From positions 32,001 to 96,000 of the forward strand of contig CAWJGT010000012.1 in NCBI GenBank assembly GCA_963842525.1: 64,000 nucleotides of DNA. The letters are read 5' to 3'. Below are positions 9,883 through 18,912 of the stretch, in pieces (within the stretch, counting starts at the first letter, position 1; every line of letters begins with the position of its first letter). The position numbers and the translations under genes were made by a program. The stretch is from an uncultured Holophagales bacterium. GTDB lineage: Bacteria > Acidobacteriota > Thermoanaerobaculia > Multivoradales > UBA5704. A model generated the notes under the pieces. The model saw only the letters and a program-made list of their open reading frames with translations, made no database searches and was not told the DNA's origin.

Positions 9883-11088
9883 CTACCCGATCTTGGTGAG
9901 GATCGAGTAGAGCGGCAGGTACATGGCCGTCACGATGGTGCCGATGATGACGCCCAGGATCGTGATCATGAGCGGCTCGATCAGCTTCATGAGGCCTGCG
10001 ACCGCGGTGTCGACCTCCTCTTCGTAGAAGTCTGCGATCTTCGACAGCATCTGGTCGAGAGCGCCGGTCTGCTCGCCGACGTTGATCATCTGGACCACCA
10101 TGGGCGGGAAGACCTTGGTGTCGCCCAACGGCTCGCTGATGGTCTTGCCTTCTTCGACGCTCTTGCGCACCGCCATGACCGAGTCCTCGATGATGGCGTT
10201 GCCCGCGGTCTTGGCGGTGATCTCGAGGCCGTCGAGGATCGGCACGCCGGACGAGGTCAGGGTGGCGAGCGTACGGCAGAACCGGGCTACCGAGATCTTG
10301 CGCAGCAGCATGCCGAGCACGGGGATCTTGAGCATCGCGCCGTCGATCACCCGCCGCCCGCGGTAGGTCCGGTGGTACCGGCCGATCGCCACCACGCCGG
10401 CCGCGAGCACGGGCACGATCAGGAAGAAGTAGCGGGCGACGAAGTTGCTGGCCCCGATCACCATCCGGGTCAGGAACGGCATCTCGCCGCCCAGGCCGGA
10501 GAAGAGCTGGGCGAACACCGGGATGACCTTCCACAGGATGATGAAGACCACGCCGCAGGCGATGACGATGATGCTGACCGGGTAGATCAGCGCCGACTTG
10601 ACCTGATTGTTGAGCTTGACGACCTTCTCGATGTAGGTCGAGAGGCGCTGCAGGATGATGTCGAGGATACCGCCCGCCTCGCCGGCCGCCACCATGTTGG
10701 TGTACAGGTCGTCGAACGCCTTGGGGTGCTTGCGCATGGAGTCGGCGATCGAAGAGCCGGACTCCACGTCGGTGCGCACCTGGTCGATGATCGACGCGAA
10801 GGCGCGGTTCTCCTCCTGGCCGCCCAGGATCTCGAGGCATTGGACGAGCGGCAGGCCGGCGTCCAGCATCACCGAGAACTGGCGGGTGAAGATGGCGATC
10901 CGTTTGCGGTTGACCTTGCGCGAGAAGCGCGGCAGGAGCTTGACCTCCCGCCCCTTCTCGCGGATGTTCATCACCTGGATCTGCTGGCGGCGCAGGACGG
11001 CGACGGCGGCGTCGCGGTTGTCCGCGAGCAGCACACCGTCCTGGACCTGACCGCCGCGGGCGCGGCCTCTCCATTCAAAGCTTGGCAT
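9883..11088 (-). CDS. pilC: Type IV pilus platform protein (GspF/PilC family)
   Basis: FTRQFSVMLDAGLPL, AGEAGGILD, GEQTGALD duplicated GspF motifs. Confidence 0.95.
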   Translation of the reverse strand: MPSFEWRGRARGGQVQDGVLLADNRDAAVAVLRRQQIQVMNIREKGREVKLLPRFSRKVNRKRIAIFTRQFSVMLDAGLPLVQCLEILGGQEENRAFASIIDQVRTDVESGSSIADSMRKHPKAFDDLYTNMVAAGEAGGILDIILQRLSTYIEKVVKLNNQVKSALIYPVSIIVIACGVVFIILWKVIPVFAQLFSGLGGEMPFLTRMVIGASNFVARYFFLIVPVLAAGVVAIGRYHRTYRGRRVIDGAMLKIPVLGMLLRKISVARFCRTLATLTSSGVPILDGLEITAKTAGNAIIEDSVMAVRKSVEEGKTISEPLGDTKVFPPMVVQMINVGEQTGALDQMLSKIADFYEEEVDTAVAGLMKLIEPLMITILGVIIGTIVTAMYLPLYSILTKIG

Positions 11089-11091
11089 GGC

Positions 11092-12216
11092 TCAACTCCT
11101 TGCCGAGGCCCCCGACTCCAACCCGACCGACGGGTTCAGAGAGGCGGGTCCTCGGGCGATGATCTCTTGCAGCTCGTCGGGCAGCGACGAGCGTGACAGT
11201 GCGGTCTCCAGGGTGATCAGGCGCTTGAAGTAGAGCGAGGCCAGCGACTGGTTGAAGGTCTGCATCCCGTGCTTGGCCTGGCCGGCCTGCATCATGCCGT
11301 AGATCTGGTGCACCTTGTCCTCGCGGATCAGGTTGCGGATGGCCGGGCTGGGGATGAGGATCTCCATCGCCATCACCCGCCCCTTGTTCCCGGTCTTGGG
11401 CAGCAGCGTCTGGCAAAGAATCCCCTCCAGCACCATCGAGAGCTGGGCCCGGATCTGCCCCTGCTGGTGCGCCGGAAAGACGTCGATGATGCGGTTGATC
11501 GACTGCGCCGCCGAGTTGGTGTGCAGGGTGGCGAAGGTCAGGTGGCCGGTCTCGGCGATACGCAGCGCCGACTCGACCGTCTCCAGGTCGCGCATCTCGC
11601 CGATCAGCACCACGTCGGGGTCCTGGCGCAGGGCCGAGCGCAACGCGGCGGCGAACCCGTGGGTGTCGGCGTGCACCTCGCGCTGGTTGACGATGCACTT
11701 CTTGTGCGAATGCAGGAACTCGACCGGGTCCTCGATCGTGATCATGTGCTCGTGGCGCTCGCGGTTGACCTTGTCGAGCATGGCCGCGAGCGTCGTCGAC
11801 TTGCCGGAGCCGGTCGGTCCGGTCACCAGGATCAGCCCGCGCGGCTTCTCGCACAGCTTCTCGACGATCCCCGGCAGGCCCAGCTCCTTGAAGCCCTTGA
11901 TCTCGAAGGGGATCTGCCGGAAGACGGCCGCGATCGCGCCGCGCTGGTGGAAGATGTTGGCGCGGAACCGGGCGAGCCCCTTGATGCCGAAGGAGAGGTC
12001 GATCTCCAGGTCCTCCTCCAGCCGGTGCTTCTGGTTGTCGGTCAGGATCGAGTAGGCGAGCTGCTTGGTCTCCGCCGGGGTCATCGGCGGGATGGCCTCC
12101 AGCGGTCGCAAATGGCCGTCCACCCGGATCTGCGGCGGCGAGTTGGTGGTGATATGCAGGTCGGAACCCCCTGCGGCGACCATGTCCTTGAGCAACTGAT
12201 TCAACGTCGGCGGCAT
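11092..12216 (-). CDS. pilT: Type IV pilus retraction ATPase
   Basis: GPTGSGKSTT, TIEDPVE, LRQDPDV, AETGHL, AIRNLIRE. Confidence 0.95.
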   Translation of the reverse strand: MPPTLNQLLKDMVAAGGSDLHITTNSPPQIRVDGHLRPLEAIPPMTPAETKQLAYSILTDNQKHRLEEDLEIDLSFGIKGLARFRANIFHQRGAIAAVFRQIPFEIKGFKELGLPGIVEKLCEKPRGLILVTGPTGSGKSTTLAAMLDKVNRERHEHMITIEDPVEFLHSHKKCIVNQREVHADTHGFAAALRSALRQDPDVVLIGEMRDLETVESALRIAETGHLTFATLHTNSAAQSINRIIDVFPAHQQGQIRAQLSMVLEGILCQTLLPKTGNKGRVMAMEILIPSPAIRNLIREDKVHQIYGMMQAGQAKHGMQTFNQSLASLYFKRLITLETALSRSSLPDELQEIIARGPASLNPSVGLESGASARS

Positions 12217-12386
12217 GTCGACAGACTCCCGGCTGACAGACTTGTTGAGCCCTGATGGGCGAACAACTGGGTGCACTAAGGGCTGGCCGGGAGTCTAACA
12301 CCATTCATGCTATAGAGGAAAGGGCATAAGTGGACTCGCGGTCGCCTGGGGTTTCAACCCCAGGCGGCGATTGATATCTTTGCCCC

Positions 12387-14306
12387 GTGACCGAGCCGAT
12401 CGCCAGCCATCACGAAGAGGAGGCCCTCGGCAAGGCCTACGACGCCCGCCTGATGCGGCGGCTCCTGGCCTATCTGCGCCCCTACCGGTGGATGACCGTC
12501 GGAGCGGTCGTCCTGATGTTCCTCTCCTCCCTGCTGCAGCTCATCGGGCCGCTCGCCATGGCCGTGACGATCGACCTGTTCGTCCAGCCCGTGGCGGGGA
12601 ATGGGAGCACCGGGGAGCTCTCGACCGTCAGCCTCTTCGTCCGCGACCAGCTCCTGGCCCGGGGGATCGACCCGGCACAGGCCCCGATGCAGGGCATCGC
12701 GGCGACGGCGGCCATCTACCTGGCCAGCCTGCTGCTGGCCTTCTTCGTGCTCTTCGCCGAAGGCTATGTGATGCAGCTCATGGGGCAGTACATCATGCGG
12801 GACATGCGCCAGCAGATCTTCGCCCATCTGCAGCGGCTGCCCGTCTCGTTCTACGACCGCAACCCCATCGGCCGGCTGCTCACCCGGGTGACGACCGACG
12901 TCGACGCCCTGAACGAGCTTCTCTCGGCCGGGATCGTCGCCATCATCGGCGACATCCTGGTCCTGGCCGGCATCGTCGGCGTCCTCTTCTGGCTCGACTG
13001 GCGGCTGGCCCTGGTGTCGTTCTCCATCCTGCCGCTCCTGATGCTCCTGACCGCGTGGTTCAAGGCGCGGGTGCGCGACCGCTTCCGCGACGTCCGCGTC
13101 AAGATCGCCCGCATCAACGCCTTCCTCCAGGAGCACATCACGGGCATGCCGGTGGTCCAGCTCTTCAACCGCGAGCCGGCCGCCTTCGACGAGTTCAACG
13201 GGATCAACGCCGCCCACCGCGACGCGAACATACGCGGTGTCTTCTACTACGCCGTCTTCTATCCCGGCGTCGAGCTGATCACCGCCCTCGGCGTCGGCCT
13301 GATCCTCTGGTACGGCGGCGGCCAGGTGATCGTCGGCGCCATGTCCATCGGCGGGCTGATCGCGTTCCTGCAGTATGCCCAGCGCTTCTATCAGCCGCTC
13401 GCCGACCTGTCGGAGAAGTACAACCTCCTGCAGGGCGCGATGGCGAGCTCGGAGCGGATCTTCCGGCTGCTCGACACCGAGCCGTCGATCCTGCCGCCGG
13501 AGCGGCCGTATCTCCCGGAGCAGGTCAACGGGGCGATCGACTTCGACCGCGTCTGGTTCAGCTACAAGGCCGAGGAGCCGGTCCTCAAAGGGATCTCGTT
13601 CCAGGTCCAGCCGGGCGAGACCCTGGCGGTGGTCGGGCACACCGGCGCGGGCAAGAGCACCCTGGCCAACCTCCTGTTGCGCTTCTATGACGTCGACGAC
13701 GGCGCCGTGCGGGTGGACGGCGTGGACGTCCGCGAGTGGGAGCCGGCGAAGCTGCGGCGCAGCATCGCCATGGTGCTCCAGGACGTGTTCCTCTTCTCGG
13801 GGACGATCGCGGCCAACATCCGGCTGGGCGAGGAAGAGATCGACGAGGAGCGCATCCGCTGGGCCGCCGCGGAGGTGCACGCCCTGCCCTTCATCGAGCG
13901 CCTGCCCGGCGGCCTCGACGCCCAGGTGCGCGAACGCGGCGCCGGCCTCTCGGTCGGCCAGAAGCAGCTCATCGCCTTCGCCCGCGCCCTGGCCTTCGAC
14001 CCGCGCATCCTGATCCTCGACGAGGCGACCTCCTCGATCGACACCGAGACCGAGCAGCTCATCCAGAAGGCGCTCGACCGGTTGCTCGTCGGGCGGACCA
14101 GCATCGTCATCGCCCACCGCCTCTCGACCATCCAGCAGGCCGACCGCATCCTGGTCATGCACAAGGGGGAGATCCGCGAGCAGGGCACCCACCAGGAGCT
14201 TCTCGCCCTGCGTGGCATCTATTACCGGCTCTACCTCCTCCAATACAAGGACCAGGAGCTGGAGCGGCGGACCACGCCGCACGAATCGCTGACGGTCAAC
14301 GCCTGA
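12387..14306 (+). CDS. ABC exporter, fused permease/ATPase (MdlB-like)
   Basis: TM domain plus GHTGAGKST, LSVGQKQ, ILDEATS, IAHRLST. Confidence 0.95.
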   Translation: MTEPIASHHEEEALGKAYDARLMRRLLAYLRPYRWMTVGAVVLMFLSSLLQLIGPLAMAVTIDLFVQPVAGNGSTGELSTVSLFVRDQLLARGIDPAQAPMQGIAATAAIYLASLLLAFFVLFAEGYVMQLMGQYIMRDMRQQIFAHLQRLPVSFYDRNPIGRLLTRVTTDVDALNELLSAGIVAIIGDILVLAGIVGVLFWLDWRLALVSFSILPLLMLLTAWFKARVRDRFRDVRVKIARINAFLQEHITGMPVVQLFNREPAAFDEFNGINAAHRDANIRGVFYYAVFYPGVELITALGVGLILWYGGGQVIVGAMSIGGLIAFLQYAQRFYQPLADLSEKYNLLQGAMASSERIFRLLDTEPSILPPERPYLPEQVNGAIDFDRVWFSYKAEEPVLKGISFQVQPGETLAVVGHTGAGKSTLANLLLRFYDVDDGAVRVDGVDVREWEPAKLRRSIAMVLQDVFLFSGTIAANIRLGEEEIDEERIRWAAAEVHALPFIERLPGGLDAQVRERGAGLSVGQKQLIAFARALAFDPRILILDEATSSIDTETEQLIQKALDRLLVGRTSIVIAHRLSTIQQADRILVMHKGEIREQGTHQELLALRGIYYRLYLLQYKDQELERRTTPHESLTVNA

Positions 14307-14310
14307 CCGC

Positions 14311-14339
14311 TTGACTCCCTCCCGCCGGTTCCCTAGCAT
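14311..14339 (+). promoter_or_regulatory. Sigma70-type promoter
   Basis: TTGACT-17bp-TAGCAT upstream of the 14393 ORF. Confidence 0.55.
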
Positions 14340-14392
14340 CGCTGTAACGGATTCCCGCGACGCCGTCGCGATCCCTTGGAAGGAGATCTCTG

Positions 14393-14896
14393 GTGCGAGC
14401 CGTGGACGACGAGCCGATCGTTCCTGTGGAGAACGAATTCACCCGCGACTTCTTCGCTTGGGTTGGCGAGCAGAAAGAGCTGCCGAAGATGGCTGATACG
14501 GGCGGAGCATGGTCCGTCGCGGAGGTCCCGGGTCAGGGCTTTTGTGTCTTCCGGGAGGGCGAGAGCGAGCCGCTCGCCGTCTGCGAAAAGGAGTCCGGAG
14601 CCTTTCTGACCGCGGCCGTCCTCATTGCCCAGTCCATGCTCGAGGGCGCGGTCTACCGCTTGCTGCGAGAGCCCGACGCGTCCGGTCAGTACCCGATCGT
14701 CGATCAGGACGGCCAGGTGGTGGGGAGCTCCGAAACCCTGGATGAGGACGGCGAGAAGCTCGTCAAGGCCATGGGGCTCGTCGAGCGGCTGCAGAAGTCA
14801 CCGGAGGCCCTGGCTTTCCTCCTGCGAGCCGGTGGCAGCCGCGCTCTGGAGCACGCCGGAGCGGTCCTCGCCCGGCGCACCGAGCACCAGCCATGA
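14393..14896 (+). CDS. Hypothetical protein
   Basis: 167-aa ORF with AAGGAG RBS, stop overlaps the GNAT start. Confidence 0.7.
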   Translation: MRAVDDEPIVPVENEFTRDFFAWVGEQKELPKMADTGGAWSVAEVPGQGFCVFREGESEPLAVCEKESGAFLTAAVLIAQSMLEGAVYRLLREPDASGQYPIVDQDGQVVGSSETLDEDGEKLVKAMGLVERLQKSPEALAFLLRAGGSRALEHAGAVLARRTEHQP

Positions 14897-15435
14897 TCCG
14901 CGGCCGGACCATCCATCTGCGCGTCATCCAGGAGAGCGATCTCGACGCCGTTCTCGCGTCCGAGAACGACCTCGCACGAAGAGGGGACTTCGTGATCAAC
15001 CGGCTGCGGGCGGAGCCGGCTTTTCGCAAGGAGTTCCAGGAAACCGGATTCCTGACCGAGGAGGCCGGCAAGCTGCTCGTCGTGGATGGAGAGGATCGGG
15101 TCCTGGGCAATGTGGGGTACTTCCGCCCGGAGCCCTACATGGACGGCTACGAGCTCGGCTTCTATGCCTTCGATCCCGCCCGGCGCGGCCAGGGAATCAC
15201 CACCGAGGCCGTCGGCCTGCTGGTGGACTGGCTCTTCTCGACGAAGAAGATCAACCGCCTGCAGCTCGGCATCCTCACCGAGAACACGGCCTCCAAAAGG
15301 GTGGCCGAGAAGAGCGGCTTCCGCTTCGAGGGAGTCCTGCGCGGCGCGATCTTCCTGCGGGGAGGGAACCACGATCTGGAGATGTGGTCGCTCCTGCGCA
15401 GCGAATGGGAGGCACGGAGGAAGTCCGAGGCTTGA
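14893..15435 (+). CDS. GNAT acetyltransferase (RimJ/RimL type)
   Basis: ELGF..RRGQGITTEA, NTASKRVAEKSGFRFEG. Confidence 0.9.
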   Translation: MIRGRTIHLRVIQESDLDAVLASENDLARRGDFVINRLRAEPAFRKEFQETGFLTEEAGKLLVVDGEDRVLGNVGYFRPEPYMDGYELGFYAFDPARRGQGITTEAVGLLVDWLFSTKKINRLQLGILTENTASKRVAEKSGFRFEGVLRGAIFLRGGNHDLEMWSLLRSEWEARRKSEA

Positions 15436-15468
15436 GGCAGGCGTTCACCCCCGCGATATCCTCTCCCC

Positions 15469-18400
15469 ATGCCGTTGCAGCTCAGTCTGTTTGACCGCCT
15501 CGAGCGTCCGCACGAGCCGGGCCAGGTGCTGGTGGCGCGGGGGCCTCGCGCGGCGGAGGCGATGCTGCTTGCCCGGATCGAGGCGCTGGTTGCCGCGGCG
15601 CGGAAGGACCCTTCTCTGCTCGCCCGGCCGGTGCGGATCGTTGTGCCCTCCCGCAGCCTCCGTGCTCATGTCGGAGCGGCGATCGTGCGCTCGCGTGGGC
15701 GATCGGTGGCGGGGCTCACAGTCCAGACCCTCTTCGGCCTCGCCTGCGAGGTGCTGGAACGGGGCGGCGAGCCGGCGCCTCGCGGCATGCCGCTCTTCGA
15801 CGTGCTTGCGCAGCGCTTGGCGCGGGCCGAGCCGGCTCTGCGCAAGGGGCTCGAAGGGCTGGTGGACGGCTATGCCGCCGTGATCGGTACGGTGCGCGAC
15901 CTCGTCGACGCCGGTCTGGAGCCGGAGCTTGCCGATGCGGTCGACGAGGCCCTCGCCACCGACGGACCGCGGGCCGCCGGACGGTCCGAGGTCGAGCGGG
16001 CCCGCGCTCTCGTGCGGGTGGCGGCCCACGCGGAAGATCTATTGCGCGGCCTCGGCCTCGGCCGCACCTCGACGCTCCTCCGCAAGGCCGCCGACCTTCT
16101 GACCACAGAGCCCGACCGCGCCCTGCCGGCCCGCGCGGTCCTGATCCACGGCTTCGCCGATGCCACGGGGGTGGCCAGCGATCTCCTCCAGGCCCTGCTC
16201 CGCAACGGCGCCACCCTGGTGCTCGACCAGCCGCCTGTCCACTCCCTGTCCCCCGATACGAGGGATGGGGGGAATGGGGTCGAACGCGCCTTCACCGAAC
16301 GCCTCTCCGAGCGGCTGGCCGGCGTCTCCCGGTTCGTGCCTCCGCCGCCGGAGCCGGCCGAGGCTCCTGTTCCCCGGATCGAGCGCTTCGAGGCGGCCGG
16401 CGTCGAGGCCGAGATGCGTGAGCTGGCCCGCCGTGTCCGCGCGGTCCTCGACGGCGGCGCTCGGCCCGAAGGCATCGGCGTCGTGGCGCGCGACCTGTCT
16501 CCTTATGCCCTGTCACTGCGCCGGGCCTTTCGCCGCCTCGGCATCCCGTTCTCGGGCGTGGGCGCGCGGGCGGCCCTCCAGCCGGCCGGCCGCGGTGTCC
16601 GGGCCTTCCTCGAGCTGCTGCGGCGTGGCGAGGAGGTGCCGTCCGACCGCTGGCTCGACGCCGTGGCCTCGCTCGCGCTCCCGGCCTCCGCGGGCACAGG
16701 CGGCCGGCCGACCCGGCGCAAGCTTGGCGGCCTGTTGGTCGACCTCCGGCTCGCCTTCTACGCCCTTGGCGCCGGGCGTCTCCGCGACGTCGCCGAGCTG
16801 CAGATCGATCCCTTTCTGAAAGAGGGCTTGTATCCGCTGCCGATCCGCCAGGGCCTGCGGTCGCCGGCCGGCAAGGACAAGGAAGAGGGAGAGGAGGGGG
16901 ACGACCGGGAGGCCTATGCGGCCCGGCGGCGGATCGACGGCGAGCTGATCCGTGCCGCGGTGCGCGCCGCCGGCCGCGTCCTGGAGCGGTTCGCCGGCTG
17001 GCCGGACGAGGCGAAGGCAAGCCAACACTTCCGGCGCCTGCGGGCGCTGCTCACCCAGGACCTGGGGTGGAGCCCGGGCTCGGAGCTGGGGGAGCCGATC
17101 CTGGCAGGCGTCGCGGAGCTGGAGCGCGAGATCCCCGGCCACATCCCCCTCAACCGCTGCGACCTCCGGCTCCTCCTCACCCGGGCGTTGGCCGGCGCGG
17201 GCCAGGACATGCTGGGCGGCGTGGGCGGCGGCGTCCAAGTGCTTACGGCGACCGAGGCGCGCGGCCGGACGTTCGAGCAGCTTTTCGTCGCCGGCCTCAA
17301 CCGCGACCTCTTCCCGCGCGTCGTGCGCGAAGACCCGCTGCTGCCGGACGAGCTGCGCCGGGTCCTCCGCCGGGTCCTGCCCGACGTGCCGGTCAAGAGC
17401 GCCGGGTTCGACGAGGAGCGCTACCTCTTCGCCCAGCTCCTGGCGGCGAGCCCCGCAGTCACCCTCTCCTGGCAGTCCGCGGACGCCGACGGCCGGCCGC
17501 TTTCCCCTTCGCCTCTGCTGCGCGGGGCGCGCGGAGCGGAGAAGGCGCCGCCGGTCTGGTCGCTGCGTGGCGGGACGCTCCGGCCGGCGGACGAGCACGC
17601 CGTGCTCGCCGCGCTCTATGGCCCGCGGCAGGGCTTCGGGCCAATCCTGGCGCTGGCGCTGGAGGAGGCCCTCTCCCCCCCGGCCCCCCTCTCCCGTGCG
17701 TCCTCCGGCCCCCACCCCGAACGGGAGAGGGGGGAGAAAGGCAAAGACCCGGTAGAGCTTGCTGCGGTGCGCCTTGCGGTGCTGGATGAGATGGATCCCG
17801 ACCTGCGGACACCTGAGGGGCGGGCGGCTCGGTCCCGGCTCGGCCCCTATTTCGGCTTCCTCGGCGCTCTTGGGCCTGGCCCGGACCCTCGGCACATGGA
17901 GATCCATGTGACCCATCTGGAGGCCCTGGCCGCCTGTCCGTGGCAGCTCTTCCTCGGCCGCCTGCTCCGCCTGGAGCCCACGCCCGACCCGCTCGCCTCC
18001 CTGCCGGGGGCCGATCCGCTGCTCCTCGGCAACCTGGTGCATTCGGTTCTCGAGAAGATCGTGCAGGAGCCTTTGCTGGCTCAGGGAGCTGGCGTGGGTG
18101 TCCCCTGGCCGCCGGAGGCCGACCTCGACCGCCTGCTCCGCGCGGAGGCCACACGCCTGCTCGCGGCCGAGGGGATCACGCTGCCCGGGCTCGCCCGCGC
18201 GCTGGCCGACCGCGTCCTCCCGATGCTGGTGGCCGCGCGCGATGCGGACTGGGGGCCGCTCGGCGCGGTCGTCCCGGTGCTGCGGGCCGAGGCGAGCGAG
18301 GCGCTCTCCCTGCGCGATGCCGCCGGCCGGCTGCGCACGGTCCGCTTCCGGGCCGACCGGGTCGACCTGGCCGCGGAGGGGCTGCGGTTCACCGATTACA

Positions 18401-18912
18401 AGACCGGCAAGCCGATCTCCACGGCGCGCAAGCCGGAGGCCCGCCGGAAGCACTTCCTGGACCGGGTGAAGGCCGGCACGCACCTCCAGGCCGTGGCCTA
18501 TCTGCTGGCGGCCCAGGGCGAGCCCGCGCTGGGCCGCTACCTTTATCTGAGACCGGACGTGGAGGACCGGGAGATTGGGGTGACCGACGGCGACCGCGAC
18601 TTCGCCGCGGCCTTCGAGGCCGCCGCGACCGCGGCGCTCGCGGCCTGGGACGCCGGCAGCTTCTTCCCCCGCGTAGTTGATCCCTCCGGCCGGGACGAGC
18701 CTCCCCGCTGCTCCTGGTGCGCGGTGGCCGAAGCATGCCTGCGCGGCGACTCCGGAGCGCGGCTGCGGCTGTTCGAGTGGAATGAGCGGAACGGGCAGAA
18801 CGGGCGGCCGGAGGCCCTCGGTTCCGCCGAAGAGGCCCTGCTGCGCGTCTGGCGCCTGCCTGCCAAACCGGGCCGCGCGGCAGGTGAGCCGGGAGAGGAG
18901 CCCGAAGCGTGA
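15469..18912 (+). CDS. addB: AddB-like subunit with PD-(D/E)XK nuclease and Fe-S cysteines
   Basis: Inactive helicase-like N-terminus, EERYLF, ACPWQLF, RADRVD..DYKTG, CSWC..C; coupled to addA. Confidence 0.75.
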   Translation: MPLQLSLFDRLERPHEPGQVLVARGPRAAEAMLLARIEALVAAARKDPSLLARPVRIVVPSRSLRAHVGAAIVRSRGRSVAGLTVQTLFGLACEVLERGGEPAPRGMPLFDVLAQRLARAEPALRKGLEGLVDGYAAVIGTVRDLVDAGLEPELADAVDEALATDGPRAAGRSEVERARALVRVAAHAEDLLRGLGLGRTSTLLRKAADLLTTEPDRALPARAVLIHGFADATGVASDLLQALLRNGATLVLDQPPVHSLSPDTRDGGNGVERAFTERLSERLAGVSRFVPPPPEPAEAPVPRIERFEAAGVEAEMRELARRVRAVLDGGARPEGIGVVARDLSPYALSLRRAFRRLGIPFSGVGARAALQPAGRGVRAFLELLRRGEEVPSDRWLDAVASLALPASAGTGGRPTRRKLGGLLVDLRLAFYALGAGRLRDVAELQIDPFLKEGLYPLPIRQGLRSPAGKDKEEGEEGDDREAYAARRRIDGELIRAAVRAAGRVLERFAGWPDEAKASQHFRRLRALLTQDLGWSPGSELGEPILAGVAELEREIPGHIPLNRCDLRLLLTRALAGAGQDMLGGVGGGVQVLTATEARGRTFEQLFVAGLNRDLFPRVVREDPLLPDELRRVLRRVLPDVPVKSAGFDEERYLFAQLLAASPAVTLSWQSADADGRPLSPSPLLRGARGAEKAPPVWSLRGGTLRPADEHAVLAALYGPRQGFGPILALALEEALSPPAPLSRASSGPHPERERGEKGKDPVELAAVRLAVLDEMDPDLRTPEGRAARSRLGPYFGFLGALGPGPDPRHMEIHVTHLEALAACPWQLFLGRLLRLEPTPDPLASLPGADPLLLGNLVHSVLEKIVQEPLLAQGAGVGVPWPPEADLDRLLRAEATRLLAAEGITLPGLARALADRVLPMLVAARDADWGPLGAVVPVLRAEASEALSLRDAAGRLRTVRFRADRVDLAAEGLRFTDYKTGKPISTARKPEARRKHFLDRVKAGTHLQAVAYLLAAQGEPALGRYLYLRPDVEDREIGVTDGDRDFAAAFEAAATAALAAWDAGSFFPRVVDPSGRDEPPRCSWCAVAEACLRGDSGARLRLFEWNERNGQNGRPEALGSAEEALLRVWRLPAKPGRAAGEPGEEPEA
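17669..17735 (+). repeat. Palindromic REP/MITE-like element inserted in frame in addB
   Basis: CCCTCTCCCCCCGGCCCCCCTCTCCC...GGGAGAGGGGG, translated as ALSPPAPLSRASSGPHPERERGEK. Confidence 0.75.
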
